Shown: positions 15,874-24,154, numbered from the stretch's first letter. The stretch: DNA of 24,542 nt from Gemmataceae bacterium (GCA_036557565.1 DATBHJ010000238.1:1-24542), one strand, 5' to 3'. Made by a program: numbers and translations. The notes: generated by a model not told the origin, from the letters alone.

Positions 15874-18800
15874 ATCTCAATCCCAGACGTTTGAGCCGGC
15901 TGAGGAAAGTGGTGCGGGCCATGCCCAGAGCGCGGGCGGCCTCGGCCTTGTTGCCTCCGGCGGCAGCAAGAGCGCGAACCAATCGGTCACGCTCGCGCCG
16001 TTCGCGTTCCGCTCGTTCGTTCTGGATTGCCGACATCAAGGCCGGCGGCGCCACGATGCCCGAAGGCGTCGGGGTGTAATTCGAGAGCGGCGACCAGTGC
16101 TCCGCTGCTTCGCGGACGTCGTCGTCCAAAGGACTGTGCTCGTCCTTGAAAAAAGAGGGAACGGCGCGCAGCTCGGCCGGCAGCTCATCGATCGTCACCA
16201 GCGGTTTCTCGGCGATGACGACGGCGTGTTGGATAGCATTCTCCAACTGGCGGATGTTGCCCGGCCACGGGTAAGCCTTGAGACAGGCCAGGGCGTCGTC
16301 ATCGATGTTGGCAACTTGTTTGTTCATGCGCGCGCTGTAGAGGCGTAGAAAGTGCTGGGCCAGCTCCGGAATGTCCTCGGCCCGTTCGCGCAGAGGCGGC
16401 AGGTGAATCCGCAGGACGTTGAGGCGATAGAACAAGTCCTCGCGGAAACGATTCTGGCGCATGAGCATTTCCAGGTCCTGGTGCGTGGCTGCGAGGATGC
16501 GCACGTCCACCTTGACTGGCTCGCTGGAGCCGACGCGCTCAAACGTCATTTCTTGCAGTACGCGCAGCAGCTTGATCTGCACCTCGACGCTAATGTCGCC
16601 GATCTCGTCGAGAAAGAGCGTGCCGCCGTCGGCCGCCTCGAAACGGCCCACCTTGTCGCGGATGGCGCCGGTGAATGCCCCCTTGACGTGTCCGAAAAGT
16701 TCACTTTCCAACAAGCCGGGCGACAACGCCGAACAATGGACGGCGATGAACGGCTTGGTGGCGCGGGGGCTGTTTTCGTGGATGGCTCGTGCCAGCAGTT
16801 CCTTGCCGGTGCCGCTTTCGCCGCGGAGCAGGACGACGGAGTCGGTGGCGGCGACCTTGCGCACGTGTTGCATCAGGTTCCGAACCTGCAGACTGGAGCC
16901 AATCATGCCGTTGTCCGCGGTTCGCGGTTCGCCGTTGGTTGTCTGGGGTTCGCCGTCGGCGAGCGGTGGAGCGAGGGCCGGCGGTGGTTGGCGGACGGCG
17001 GAGAGCTGGTTTTGCAAGGACATGATGCGGCGATTTTGCTCGCCAATCTTCTCGACCTTGGTTTGCAGCTCGCGGTTGAGCACCTCGATTTTGCGATGGC
17101 CCTCGGCGCTTAAGAGTGCCAGCACCGTCATCTGAGCGAAGGCCGTCAACAGGTGAAGATCTTCGGCCGTGTAGCCTCCGGTAGTGTCGGCTGCGGAGCC
17201 GCGCGGCTCCGCCGGGGGACCGAGGACGAGAATGCCGAGCAATTGTCCTTCGTGCAGCAGTCCCTGGGCGACCGTGCCGCCCAGGAAATGAAGCTGCCGG
17301 GGACCAGGTGCGGTTGGAACCAGCCCGTCGCTGACGCTTCGGGCGGGTCCAGACAGGGCCAGCGTGCCTTGGGACACCAATACCTCGACCAGCGGACAGC
17401 CGAAGGACAGCTCCGCCAGCGCGGGAGCGGGACCGAGCGGTTCGGTCAGCTGATACAGCGGTGGATCGCCCTGACGCAAGTAGACGGCGCCGCGGGAGGC
17501 GCCGAACAATTCCGCCGAGGTGTGCAGTAAGTGATGGGCCAGCGTCGGCGGATCGACCAGCTGTTCGATGGCCCGGCTCATGCGTTGCAGGGTGTGGTCG
17601 AGCTGGCTTTTCTCCCGTCGAAAATGGCGATAGCGGCGCAGCAGGAGCCGGCCGCGCAGACGATCGAGTCCGAACAGAACCAGCAACACCGTGCCGCTGA
17701 CCATCAGCATCTGAGCGAACGAATGCGCTTTGAGGGAAAGGCTATCCAGGAGCGACATGCCGGCGAAAACAACCAAGATGCCATAGTAGACGATGCCGAC
17801 AAGGAAGCTGATGAGGAGGTACACCACGCCGGAGTTGATAAGCTGATCCAGCTGCAAAAGTCGATAGCGCGTGATGCTGATGGCGAAGGCGACGGTGACG
17901 CATAGCGAGGCGAAGAACATCGGCCAGGTCGCCGCTCCACCGCCGAACCGCTGCCGTTCGGCCAGGGCCAGGTACAGCGAGTACCCGATCGGCGCCAGCG
18001 AGGCCAGGGTGCCGAACAAGATCCACTTGACCTGGTTGCGTTCGGTGACGTTTGAAGCCCTGCGGTAGCTATGCAAGAGGCAGACGACGCTGGTCAAGTA
18101 CCATAGTGCGGCCACACAGAAATAGCAGTAAATCTCAAAGAGTATCTCCCCGAGCAGGCCGGCAACATCCGTGGAGGTGTTCTGGAACAGCCAGCGAATG
18201 CGCAAGTAACCGGAGATCAACAAGAGCAGAAAGAACACCGGCGGCCCATACAGCGCCAACAAGACGCGCCGGGGCGCCGCATCGAGAATCGTCTTGGGCC
18301 GGGGGAAGACAAGATAAAAGTGCAAACTGACGGCTGGCAACAAGACGCTGCAAATCATGAAGACGAGGATCAACAACGGCTGAGTGACGATGCGGTGCCA
18401 GTGATAGCCACCCATGTACGCACCGAACGACACCAGGCAGAAAAGAAAAAACAACGTGGCCGAACGATCTTCCGGCCGCTTCCAGAAGACGATGGCGCCG
18501 ACGGCAAAGAGAATGATTTTCAGCGAGAACCACAACAGCGACGGCACCAGCGTCTCATACGGCGGCCGACCGACGTGCAGCCAGACCTCGTGTGTTTGGC
18601 CGTCAGCAGAAGACTTGTAGCCGACGCGGACGATCTCTTGCCCATCGATGATCAGGTGCGTCTTGCTCGAATCGGACCGGAGATCCTCCCGCGTGCCGGA
18701 TTCGACTACGTTGCTCCTCAAAACGTTCAATTCATGGAGAATCTCTACCCAGTTGGATACCTCCTGTCCGCCAATGGAAACGATCTCATCATCGCCGGAC

Positions 18801-19030
18801 GGCGGCTTTGCATTCGGAGATGCAGGAGCAAAGAAAAAGTCTTTATTGAAGTGATTGACAACCGGCGTGAAAGCGCAGCGCACGCCGATGTCCGGCATCA
18901 TCATGACATAACTGAGCACGCCGCCGGCATAGGCGAACACAAGCACCGTCGCCACCACAATCGCCAGCCGTCGCCGCGCGCTCTTGCGCTCCAATAGCAA
19001 CCAGATCAGAGACAGAACGCTTTGTGTCAA
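15872..19030 (-). CDS. Membrane-integrated sigma-54-dependent transcriptional activator (polytopic sensor region, GAF-like domain, AAA+ domain, Fis-type HTH)
   Basis: The AAA+ sigma-54 interaction domain shows GESGTGKE, ESELFGHVKGAFTGA and TLFLDEIGD. The C-terminal HTH is GGNKAEAARALGMARTTFLSRLKRLG. The N-terminal ~450 aa contain about 10 hydrophobic helices and a PDZ-like loop (GDDEIVSIGGQEVSNW). The ORF-track start at 19030 is a TTG with no SD, so the start is uncertain. Confidence 0.85.
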   Translation of the reverse strand: MTQSVLSLIWLLLERKSARRRLAIVVATVLVFAYAGGVLSYVMMMPDIGVRCAFTPVVNHFNKDFFFAPASPNAKPPSGDDEIVSIGGQEVSNWVEILHELNVLRSNVVESGTREDLRSDSSKTHLIIDGQEIVRVGYKSSADGQTHEVWLHVGRPPYETLVPSLLWFSLKIILFAVGAIVFWKRPEDRSATLFFLFCLVSFGAYMGGYHWHRIVTQPLLILVFMICSVLLPAVSLHFYLVFPRPKTILDAAPRRVLLALYGPPVFFLLLLISGYLRIRWLFQNTSTDVAGLLGEILFEIYCYFCVAALWYLTSVVCLLHSYRRASNVTERNQVKWILFGTLASLAPIGYSLYLALAERQRFGGGAATWPMFFASLCVTVAFAISITRYRLLQLDQLINSGVVYLLISFLVGIVYYGILVVFAGMSLLDSLSLKAHSFAQMLMVSGTVLLVLFGLDRLRGRLLLRRYRHFRREKSQLDHTLQRMSRAIEQLVDPPTLAHHLLHTSAELFGASRGAVYLRQGDPPLYQLTEPLGPAPALAELSFGCPLVEVLVSQGTLALSGPARSVSDGLVPTAPGPRQLHFLGGTVAQGLLHEGQLLGILVLGPPAEPRGSAADTTGGYTAEDLHLLTAFAQMTVLALLSAEGHRKIEVLNRELQTKVEKIGEQNRRIMSLQNQLSAVRQPPPALAPPLADGEPQTTNGEPRTADNGMIGSSLQVRNLMQHVRKVAATDSVVLLRGESGTGKELLARAIHENSPRATKPFIAVHCSALSPGLLESELFGHVKGAFTGAIRDKVGRFEAADGGTLFLDEIGDISVEVQIKLLRVLQEMTFERVGSSEPVKVDVRILAATHQDLEMLMRQNRFREDLFYRLNVLRIHLPPLRERAEDIPELAQHFLRLYSARMNKQVANIDDDALACLKAYPWPGNIRQLENAIQHAVVIAEKPLVTIDELPAELRAVPSFFKDEHSPLDDDVREAAEHWSPLSNYTPTPSGIVAPPALMSAIQNERAERERRERDRLVRALAAAGGNKAEAARALGMARTTFLSRLKRLGLR

Positions 19031-19139
19031 GCTAAACTCTCGGGAGGCGCTGGCAAACTGGTTGTGTCACAAAGATTACAACAGATTTTCCATCTTTTCC
19101 ACAATACCAAGTTGGTGTCGAAAAGTCATCCTGAGGCGC

Positions 19140-19171
19140 CGAAAAGCGTCGAAAGGCGACGAAACTTCGTC
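19140..19171. promoter_or_regulatory. Helically phased CGAAA repeats with overlapping short palindromes; candidate activator-binding (UAS) region
   Basis: CGAAA occurs at 19140, 19150 and 19160 (exact 10-bp phase), and also at 19119 and 19177. Palindromes are cgtcg-aaagg-cgacg (19147-19161) and gacgaa-ac-ttcgtc (19158-19171). The region lies about 130-150 bp upstream of the candidate -24/-12 element. Confidence 0.3.
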
Positions 19172-19287
19172 AGCAGCGAAATCGCACACTTTTCATCAGG
19201 TCTCAATCATTTGTCTAAGTAATTGCGAATAATCAACTTCCGCCGTTCCTACACAGGAGGGATTGGAGTGGCTTATGAAATGATGAT

Positions 19288-19304
19288 TTGGTACACGACA
19301 TGCT
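19288..19304 (+). promoter_or_regulatory. Candidate sigma-54 (-24/-12) promoter for the alpha/beta hydrolase gene
   Basis: ttGGtacacgacatGCt matches YTGGCACGrNNNTTGCW. The GG and GC dinucleotides have the correct 10-nt spacing, and 10 of 14 specified positions match. It is 73 nt upstream of the GTG at 19377 and divergent from the sigma-54 activator gene. Confidence 0.4.
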
Positions 19305-19376
19305 GATGAAAGGACGTTCCATGGATTAGAGTCCGTCCCATCGAAACTCCGGAACTCTGAATGGAGGAGAAGAAGC

Positions 19377-20219
19377 GTGCAGGCATCGCTTGATTGGCTG
19401 GCTGGCAGTGGCGCCGAGTTCAGTCCGGGCGTTGGACGCTCCGGTCTTGCGCATCTGACCCATTATACAGCCCGTTATTGTGTCTGGGGCGATGGACCGC
19501 CTCTTGTGCTCGTTCCTGGATTGGCGGGGGGTTTCGAGCTATTGGGACCGCTGGCCCGTCTGTTGGCCCACGACTTTCAGGTCATCAGTTACCAGCTGCG
19601 AGGCGAGGACGATTGTTTCGCGCTGCGCCGCCGCTTCGATCTTCCCGATTTGGTTGCCGACTTGCGCGAGTTTCTGGACTGGTTCGGTCTGGAGCGGCCG
19701 CCGGTCCTGGGCGTCTCCTTCGGAGGCGTCCTGGCCCTGGAGCTGGCGATGCGCTGGCCACATCGCTTGCAAGCGCTCATCACCCAGGGAGTCGGAGCGC
19801 GCTTCGAGCGCGGCTTGATGCAGCAAGTGGCCGGCTGGGTGCTGTCGCGCTATCCGCTCCCCTCGGACAGCCCCTTCGTGAACCAATTTTTCAACCTGCT
19901 CTTCGGCGCCCGCCAGGAACCGGGGCGTTTGTTCGAGTTTGTGACCCGGCAGTGCTGGCAGACGGATCAGAGCGTGATGACGCATCGCTTTCATCTGGTC
20001 GAATCGTTCGATCCGGGGCCGCGCCTGGGCAAAGTCCGTGTACCGACGCTGCTCATGGCCGGCGACCGCGATTTGCTGGCGTCGCCGCAGAGTCTGCGCA
20101 ACCTGGCCCACGGCATTCCCAATACACGCCGCATCGAGCTGCCCGGTTGCGGCCACCTGGCTTTCGTGACCCAACCCGAAAGCGTCGCCGACGAAGTCAA
20201 ACGCTTCCTTCAGGATTGA
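19377..20219 (+). CDS. Alpha/beta-fold hydrolase
   Basis: The oxyanion-region segment is LVLVPGLAGG, the nucleophile elbow is GVSFGG (GxSxG), and the late acid and His are AGDRD and GCGHLAF. The start is a GTG at 19377 with GGAGGAG upstream. Confidence 0.8.
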   Translation: MQASLDWLAGSGAEFSPGVGRSGLAHLTHYTARYCVWGDGPPLVLVPGLAGGFELLGPLARLLAHDFQVISYQLRGEDDCFALRRRFDLPDLVADLREFLDWFGLERPPVLGVSFGGVLALELAMRWPHRLQALITQGVGARFERGLMQQVAGWVLSRYPLPSDSPFVNQFFNLLFGARQEPGRLFEFVTRQCWQTDQSVMTHRFHLVESFDPGPRLGKVRVPTLLMAGDRDLLASPQSLRNLAHGIPNTRRIELPGCGHLAFVTQPESVADEVKRFLQD

Positions 20220-20223
20220 GGGA

Positions 20224-20381
20224 GAAAAACAGCAAACCACGAATCACACGAATAACACGAAAAAAGACAGAACAGACGAGAAGAGGGGCGAACCGTCGCA
20301 CAACCCATTCGCCCGTCTTTTCTGTCTTTTTGCTTTTGTCTTTTATGCGTGTTATTCGTGTGATTCGTGGTTTGTTTTTTC
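20224..20381. repeat. CACGAAT-heptamer palindromic element, gene-less copy C (about 158 bp hairpin)
   Basis: A perfect 25-bp core, aaccacgaatcacacgaataacacg (20235-20259), pairs with cgtgttattcgtgtgattcgtggtt (20348-20372). Heptamers lie at 20238, 20247 and 20256, mirrored at 20345, 20354 and 20363 (9-bp period). The inner stem is gggcgaa/ttcgccc. The element fills the gap between the convergent stops at 20217-20219 and 20380-20382. Confidence 0.85.
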
Positions 20382-20970
20382 AGTCGCCGGCGGCGGTGCG
20401 GCGTTCGTGGCCGTAGCGCAGCTCGAAGCTGCCGTCGCGGTCAAAAACGCTTTCTTCGTCCCAATCGAAGGCGGTCCTGCTGGCGCGGTGCATCAGGGCC
20501 AGCCAGACGTGATCTGCGGGTAAGATACGGCGGTTAATTTTCCCAGACGAATCCACCTTGCGCGGCTCCAGTTGCAAGAAATGCTCATTGGCCGGCAGCG
20601 TCTGGGCCACGCACGTCAGAAATCCTGCGACCAGGTATCCCGCCAGGGCACCAAACAGCACCGCTCCACCCTGTTGCAGAATGGGGTTGTACAAAATAAG
20701 CGTGTGGATCAGCTCATTGGACGCCCAGCGCAGAAAGAGAAGCGTGGCGCTGAACAGCACGACGAGACTGAAACTATCCTCGTAGCCTTGCATGAAGGTA
20801 TCGTTTACCATCGACTCGAGCTGTCCGGCCAGCGGCTCGAAGAAATTGAACGCGACCAGTCCTGCCAACAGGATGTTGACGGTCATGGCAAAGGCCGGCA
20901 ACACGCCCTGTCGCCAAAAAGCGTAGGCCCCGGCCACCATGATGATAAACGTCATAAAACCCAGCAGCAT
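20380..20970 (-). CDS. CvpA-family (colicin V production-like) membrane protein
   Basis: Four hydrophobic helices occupy the N-terminal 130 aa (MLLGFMTFIIMVAGAYAFW..., VNILLAGLVAFNFFEPLAG, ...), followed by a soluble tail. The assignment rests on layout resemblance to CvpA proteins. Confidence 0.55.
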   Translation of the reverse strand: MLLGFMTFIIMVAGAYAFWRQGVLPAFAMTVNILLAGLVAFNFFEPLAGQLESMVNDTFMQGYEDSFSLVVLFSATLLFLRWASNELIHTLILYNPILQQGGAVLFGALAGYLVAGFLTCVAQTLPANEHFLQLEPRKVDSSGKINRRILPADHVWLALMHRASRTAFDWDEESVFDRDGSFELRYGHERRTAAGD

Positions 20971-20987
20971 ATCTTACCTCGACTACT

Positions 20988-21052
20988 GGCGAACGGCCGG
21001 CGTTAGCCGGCTGGTGGGGGGTCCACCAGCCGGCTAACGCCGGCCGTTCGCC
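20988..21052. repeat. Perfect 30-bp-arm palindrome (loop ggggt) between the GspE-like and CvpA-like genes
   Basis: ggcgaacggccggcgttagccggctggtgg (20988-21017) is the exact reverse complement of ccaccagccggctaacgccggccgttcgcc (21023-21052). It contains the CGTTAGCCGG core. Confidence 0.9.
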
Positions 21053-21054
21053 TT

Positions 21055-22911
21055 TCATTTACACACGCGCAGCAGTTCCTGGACGGAAGTACGTCCCTCG
21101 ATCACCAGGCGCAGGCCGTCCTCCTGCAAGTGTTTCATGCCTTGCTTGACCGCTTCATTGCGGATGGCGACGAAGTTGGGGTTCTCGCGGATCATCTCGC
21201 GGATGGAATCGCCGATTTCCAGCATCTCGAATACACCGGTTCGGCCGCGGTAGCCGGTCCCCATGCAGACAGGGCACATATGGTCGTCGTCCGGCTTCTG
21301 CTCCGGAGGGCGATAGAAGTACTTGATTTTGTCCGCCGGCAGATTGGCTTTACGCAAGAGATCGGCGTTGGGTTTGTAGCGCTGCTTGCAGTTGGGGCAG
21401 AGCACGCGCACCAGGCGTTGCCCGAGCACGGCGCTGAGGGCGTTGGCGACCATGAATGGCTGCACGCCCAGGTCAACGAGGCGGGCCACGGCGGTGACGG
21501 TATCGTTGGCGTGCAGCGTCGTGAAGACCATGTGGCCGGTCTGGGCCGCCTGACAGGCGATCTCCGCCGTTTCCTGATCGCGGATTTCGCCGATGTAAAT
21601 GACATCCGGGTCCTGACGGAGAATGCTGCGCAGCTCCGTGGCGAAGGTCTTGCCGGCCTTGGGATTGATCTCGATCTGCGTGACGTTGTCGATGTGATAC
21701 TCGACCGGGTTTTCGATGGTGATGACGTTCTTCTGAAAGCGATCGATTTCACCCAGGCAGGCGTAGAGAGTGGTGCTTTTGCCGGCGCCGGTAGGACCGC
21801 AGACGATGAACAGGCCGTGCGGCTGCGTGACCGTGGCGCGGATCAGCTTACGCAGGCTATCGCGCATGCCGACGCGCTCCAGGCTGACCACCTGGCGCGC
21901 GGGATCGAGGATACGCAAGACGAGTTTTTCGCCCACGACGCTGCCGGCCGTGGCCACACGGAAATCGACCTGACGCCTTTGATATTCCGGCTCTTTCATC
22001 GGCTCATCTTCTTCGCCGTTTCCGTCCTTGCTGGCTTTTTTCTTCGGTTTGCTCGACTCGCTTGGCTCGACGGGTGAATTCACTTCGGCGGCAAAGCTGC
22101 CGTCTTGCGGCTTGCGTTTCTCGGTGATGTCGAGATCGGCGAGCACCTTGAAGATGTTGATGACGGCATCGCCGGTCGGCCGGGCGAACGGATTGCTCGC
22201 TTCCAAAATGCCGTCGATGCGGAAGCGCACGATCATCTCTTCCTTGGTCGGTTCCAGGTGGATGTCGGTGGCGCGCTTTTCGATGGCGTCGGCGATCAAT
22301 TCCAGTGCGGCGCGATAGCCCTTGGAATCTTGCAGCCGGGCGACGCGGCGCGCTTCGTCCGGGCTTTCCTGAGTGCTCTTGCCGATGAAGCGCACGGGTA
22401 TGGGCCGCAATCTCGGCTCGTTCGGTTCACCCAGGTCCAGGCGCAGCCAGGTGCGCAACAGTTTGCGTATGTGTTGCGGCGTCAGCACTTTCTGGTCCTG
22501 CGTCGCTTTTTCATTACGCAGGCTGACGTAGGACAAAGTCGGCGCCAGGTAGAGAACCAGAAAAACGAGGAAACCCAGTGCAAAGATGGGGAACAGCCAG
22601 ACCGCCACCAGCCCGACCACGCCGCAGAGCAAAAGGATGGGGTTCCACGTGTCGGACTCCATCTTCATGAGGTGGCAATCGCTGCTGACCCAACGGCACG
22701 TCCGCAGCCAGGCGAAGTACAGGAGCACCAGAAAAATGAGCTTGGCCGGATGGAAATAAAGTCCCGGCCCGCGCGTAAACGACTCCTCCGCCGCAAAAAG
22801 GGGCGAAACCGCCAAGACGCCCAGAACGCCAAGAGAAGACAGAAAGTGGAAATGTCCTGCGCGCATGGGTGGGTTCCTTCTTCTCTTTTTCTTCTCTGGG
22901 CGCTGGGCCAT
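21055..22911 (-). CDS. GspE/PilB-family secretion ATPase with an N-terminal multi-TM anchor
   Basis: ATPase features are Walker A GPTGAGKST, ITIENPVEY, the Asp box/Walker B DPDVIYIGEIRD, the His box TGHMVFTTLHAN and the tetracysteine CPNC...CPVC. The N-terminal ~140 aa contain about 4 hydrophobic helices (GVLGVLAVSPLFA, LIFLVLLYFAWL, ILLLCGVVGLVAVWLFPIFALGFLVFLVLYLA). An alternative start is the ATG at 22866. Confidence 0.85.
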   Translation of the reverse strand: MAQRPEKKKRRRNPPMRAGHFHFLSSLGVLGVLAVSPLFAAEESFTRGPGLYFHPAKLIFLVLLYFAWLRTCRWVSSDCHLMKMESDTWNPILLLCGVVGLVAVWLFPIFALGFLVFLVLYLAPTLSYVSLRNEKATQDQKVLTPQHIRKLLRTWLRLDLGEPNEPRLRPIPVRFIGKSTQESPDEARRVARLQDSKGYRAALELIADAIEKRATDIHLEPTKEEMIVRFRIDGILEASNPFARPTGDAVINIFKVLADLDITEKRKPQDGSFAAEVNSPVEPSESSKPKKKASKDGNGEEDEPMKEPEYQRRQVDFRVATAGSVVGEKLVLRILDPARQVVSLERVGMRDSLRKLIRATVTQPHGLFIVCGPTGAGKSTTLYACLGEIDRFQKNVITIENPVEYHIDNVTQIEINPKAGKTFATELRSILRQDPDVIYIGEIRDQETAEIACQAAQTGHMVFTTLHANDTVTAVARLVDLGVQPFMVANALSAVLGQRLVRVLCPNCKQRYKPNADLLRKANLPADKIKYFYRPPEQKPDDDHMCPVCMGTGYRGRTGVFEMLEIGDSIREMIRENPNFVAIRNEAVKQGMKHLQEDGLRLVIEGRTSVQELLRVCK

Positions 22912-22926
22912 CGTCCCAAATTAACT

Positions 22927-22992
22927 CCGGTTAGCGGCGCTTCGTAGAAGCGTCGTACCTTTCAGACGCTTCTGCGAAGCGTTGCTAACCGG
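22927..22992. repeat. Imperfect 28-bp-arm palindrome between the PilT and GspE-like genes
   Basis: ccggttagcggcgcttcgtagaagcgtc (22927-22954) pairs with gacgcttctgcgaagcgttgctaaccgg (22965-22992). There are 3 transition mismatches and a 10-nt loop. It shares the ccggttagc terminus with the 15808-15873 hairpin. Confidence 0.85.
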
Positions 22993-23002
22993 GAACTTGG
23001 TT

Positions 23003-24154
23003 TTAGAGAATACCCGGTGTCGAGACCTTGATGCCCTTGAAGGCCATCTTGAGTTTCTCCGGATCGGGAGCGAACTCAAGGGCGGTCGCCTTATCGACTT
23101 CGCCGCGCTCGACGAGCTGGCGCAGGTTCTCGGTGAAATCGACCATGCCTTCGTTGTAGAACATCTTGATGGCATCGTGCAATTTCAGATCTTCACCCTC
23201 GGCGATCAATTTCTTGATGGTCGGGTTGACGATCATAATTTCATTCGTTGGATGGCGCGGTTTCTTGAGTCCCTTGAGCAATTTTTGGGCGATGATGGCT
23301 CGCAGGTTGTTGGCCAGGCCTTTGCGGACGGCGTTGTGCTTGCCGACGGGGAACAAGTCGAGGATACGGTTGATGGTCGAAGGAGAGGTCGAGGCGTGGA
23401 TGGTGCCGAACACCAGGTGGCCGGTCTCGGCGGCGTTGATGGCGGCCTCGAAGGTTTCCACGTCGCGCAACTCGCCGACCAGGATGACATCGGGATCTTC
23501 ACGCACCGCATCCTTGAGCGCCTTGTGCCAGTCGATCACGTCCAGGCCGATCTCGCGCTGGTTGAAGTATGACTTTTTATCGGTGAAGGTGAACTCGATG
23601 GGGTCCTCAACGGTGAGGATGTGCAACGGCTCGCGTTCGCCGATGTAGTCGAGCATGGCGGCGATGGAGGTGCTTTTGCCGGAGCCGGTGACGCCGGCGA
23701 AAATAATCATGCCGTCGGGGAAGTGGCACAGCGATTCGATGCTGTCGGGCAGGCCCAGGTCCTTGAAGCTGGGGATGAAGGAGTTGACCAGACGCGACAC
23801 CAGGCTTAGCTTGCCGCGCTGCTTGAAGAGGCTGACGCGGAAGCGGGCCTCGTCGTTGCCGACCACGTAGGAAAAGTCCACGCCGCCCTCGGTTTCGAGG
23901 ATCTCGCGGTGTTTGGGCTTGAGCAGAGGGAGCAGCAATCGTTCCATATCTTCGCCGGACAGCGCCGGCGCGTTCGCTCGGACGATGTCGCCGCGCAAAC
24001 GCATCATGGGTGGCTGACCCGCCTTGAGGTGCAAGTCGCTGGCCTTGTGTTTCATGACCATGCGAAACAGCTTGTTCACTTCCGGCTCGCGCTTGGCGAC
24101 GGCGGGTGTCGTAGCAGCAGACATCGTGGTGTCTTTAACGTCGGCAGTAGCCAT
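23003..24154 (-). CDS. pilT: Type IV pilus retraction ATPase PilT
   Basis: Family segments are [20 protein letters not shown], Walker [32 protein letters not shown] and [13 protein letters not shown] prefer the ATG at 24154 (GGAGG 7 nt upstream), with 24124 as an alternative. The ORF-track start at 24253 lies inside hisF. Confidence 0.85.
   Translation of the reverse strand: MATADVKDTTMSAATTPAVAKREPEVNKLFRMVMKHKASDLHLKAGQPPMMRLRGDIVRANAPALSGEDMERLLLPLLKPKHREILETEGGVDFSYVVGNDEARFRVSLFKQRGKLSLVSRLVNSFIPSFKDLGLPDSIESLCHFPDGMIIFAGVTGSGKSTSIAAMLDYIGEREPLHILTVEDPIEFTFTDKKSYFNQREIGLDVIDWHKALKDAVREDPDVILVGELRDVETFEAAINAAETGHLVFGTIHASTSPSTINRILDLFPVGKHNAVRKGLANNLRAIIAQKLLKGLKKPRHPTNEIMIVNPTIKKLIAEGEDLKLHDAIKMFYNEGMVDFTENLRQLVERGEVDKATALEFAPDPEKLKMAFKGIKVSTPGIL

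Noticed and set aside
19050-19066. A second sigma-54-like motif, cTGGCAaactgGTTGTg.
   Set aside because: The -12 element reads GT instead of the conserved GC. It lies only about 20 bp from the activator gene start and more than 300 nt from the hydrolase start. The 19288-19304 site fits better.
19394-20416. A 340-aa ORF out of frame with the alpha/beta hydrolase and running on through the 20224-20381 palindrome.
   Set aside because: Its composition is Arg/Pro/Ala-rich low complexity. Its C-terminal part merely translates the heptamer repeats (PRITRITRKK). The hydrolase frame carries the catalytic motifs.
15808-22992. The GTTAGCC...GGCTAAC palindromes considered as integron attC sites, and the GxxExxY unit considered as an integron cassette.
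   Set aside because: attC sites carry RYYYAAC at the 5' end and GTTRRRY at the 3' end. Here the order is inverted (GTTAGC outside-left, GCTAAC outside-right), and GTTAGCC does not fit GTTRRRY. The window contains no integrase and no cassette array.
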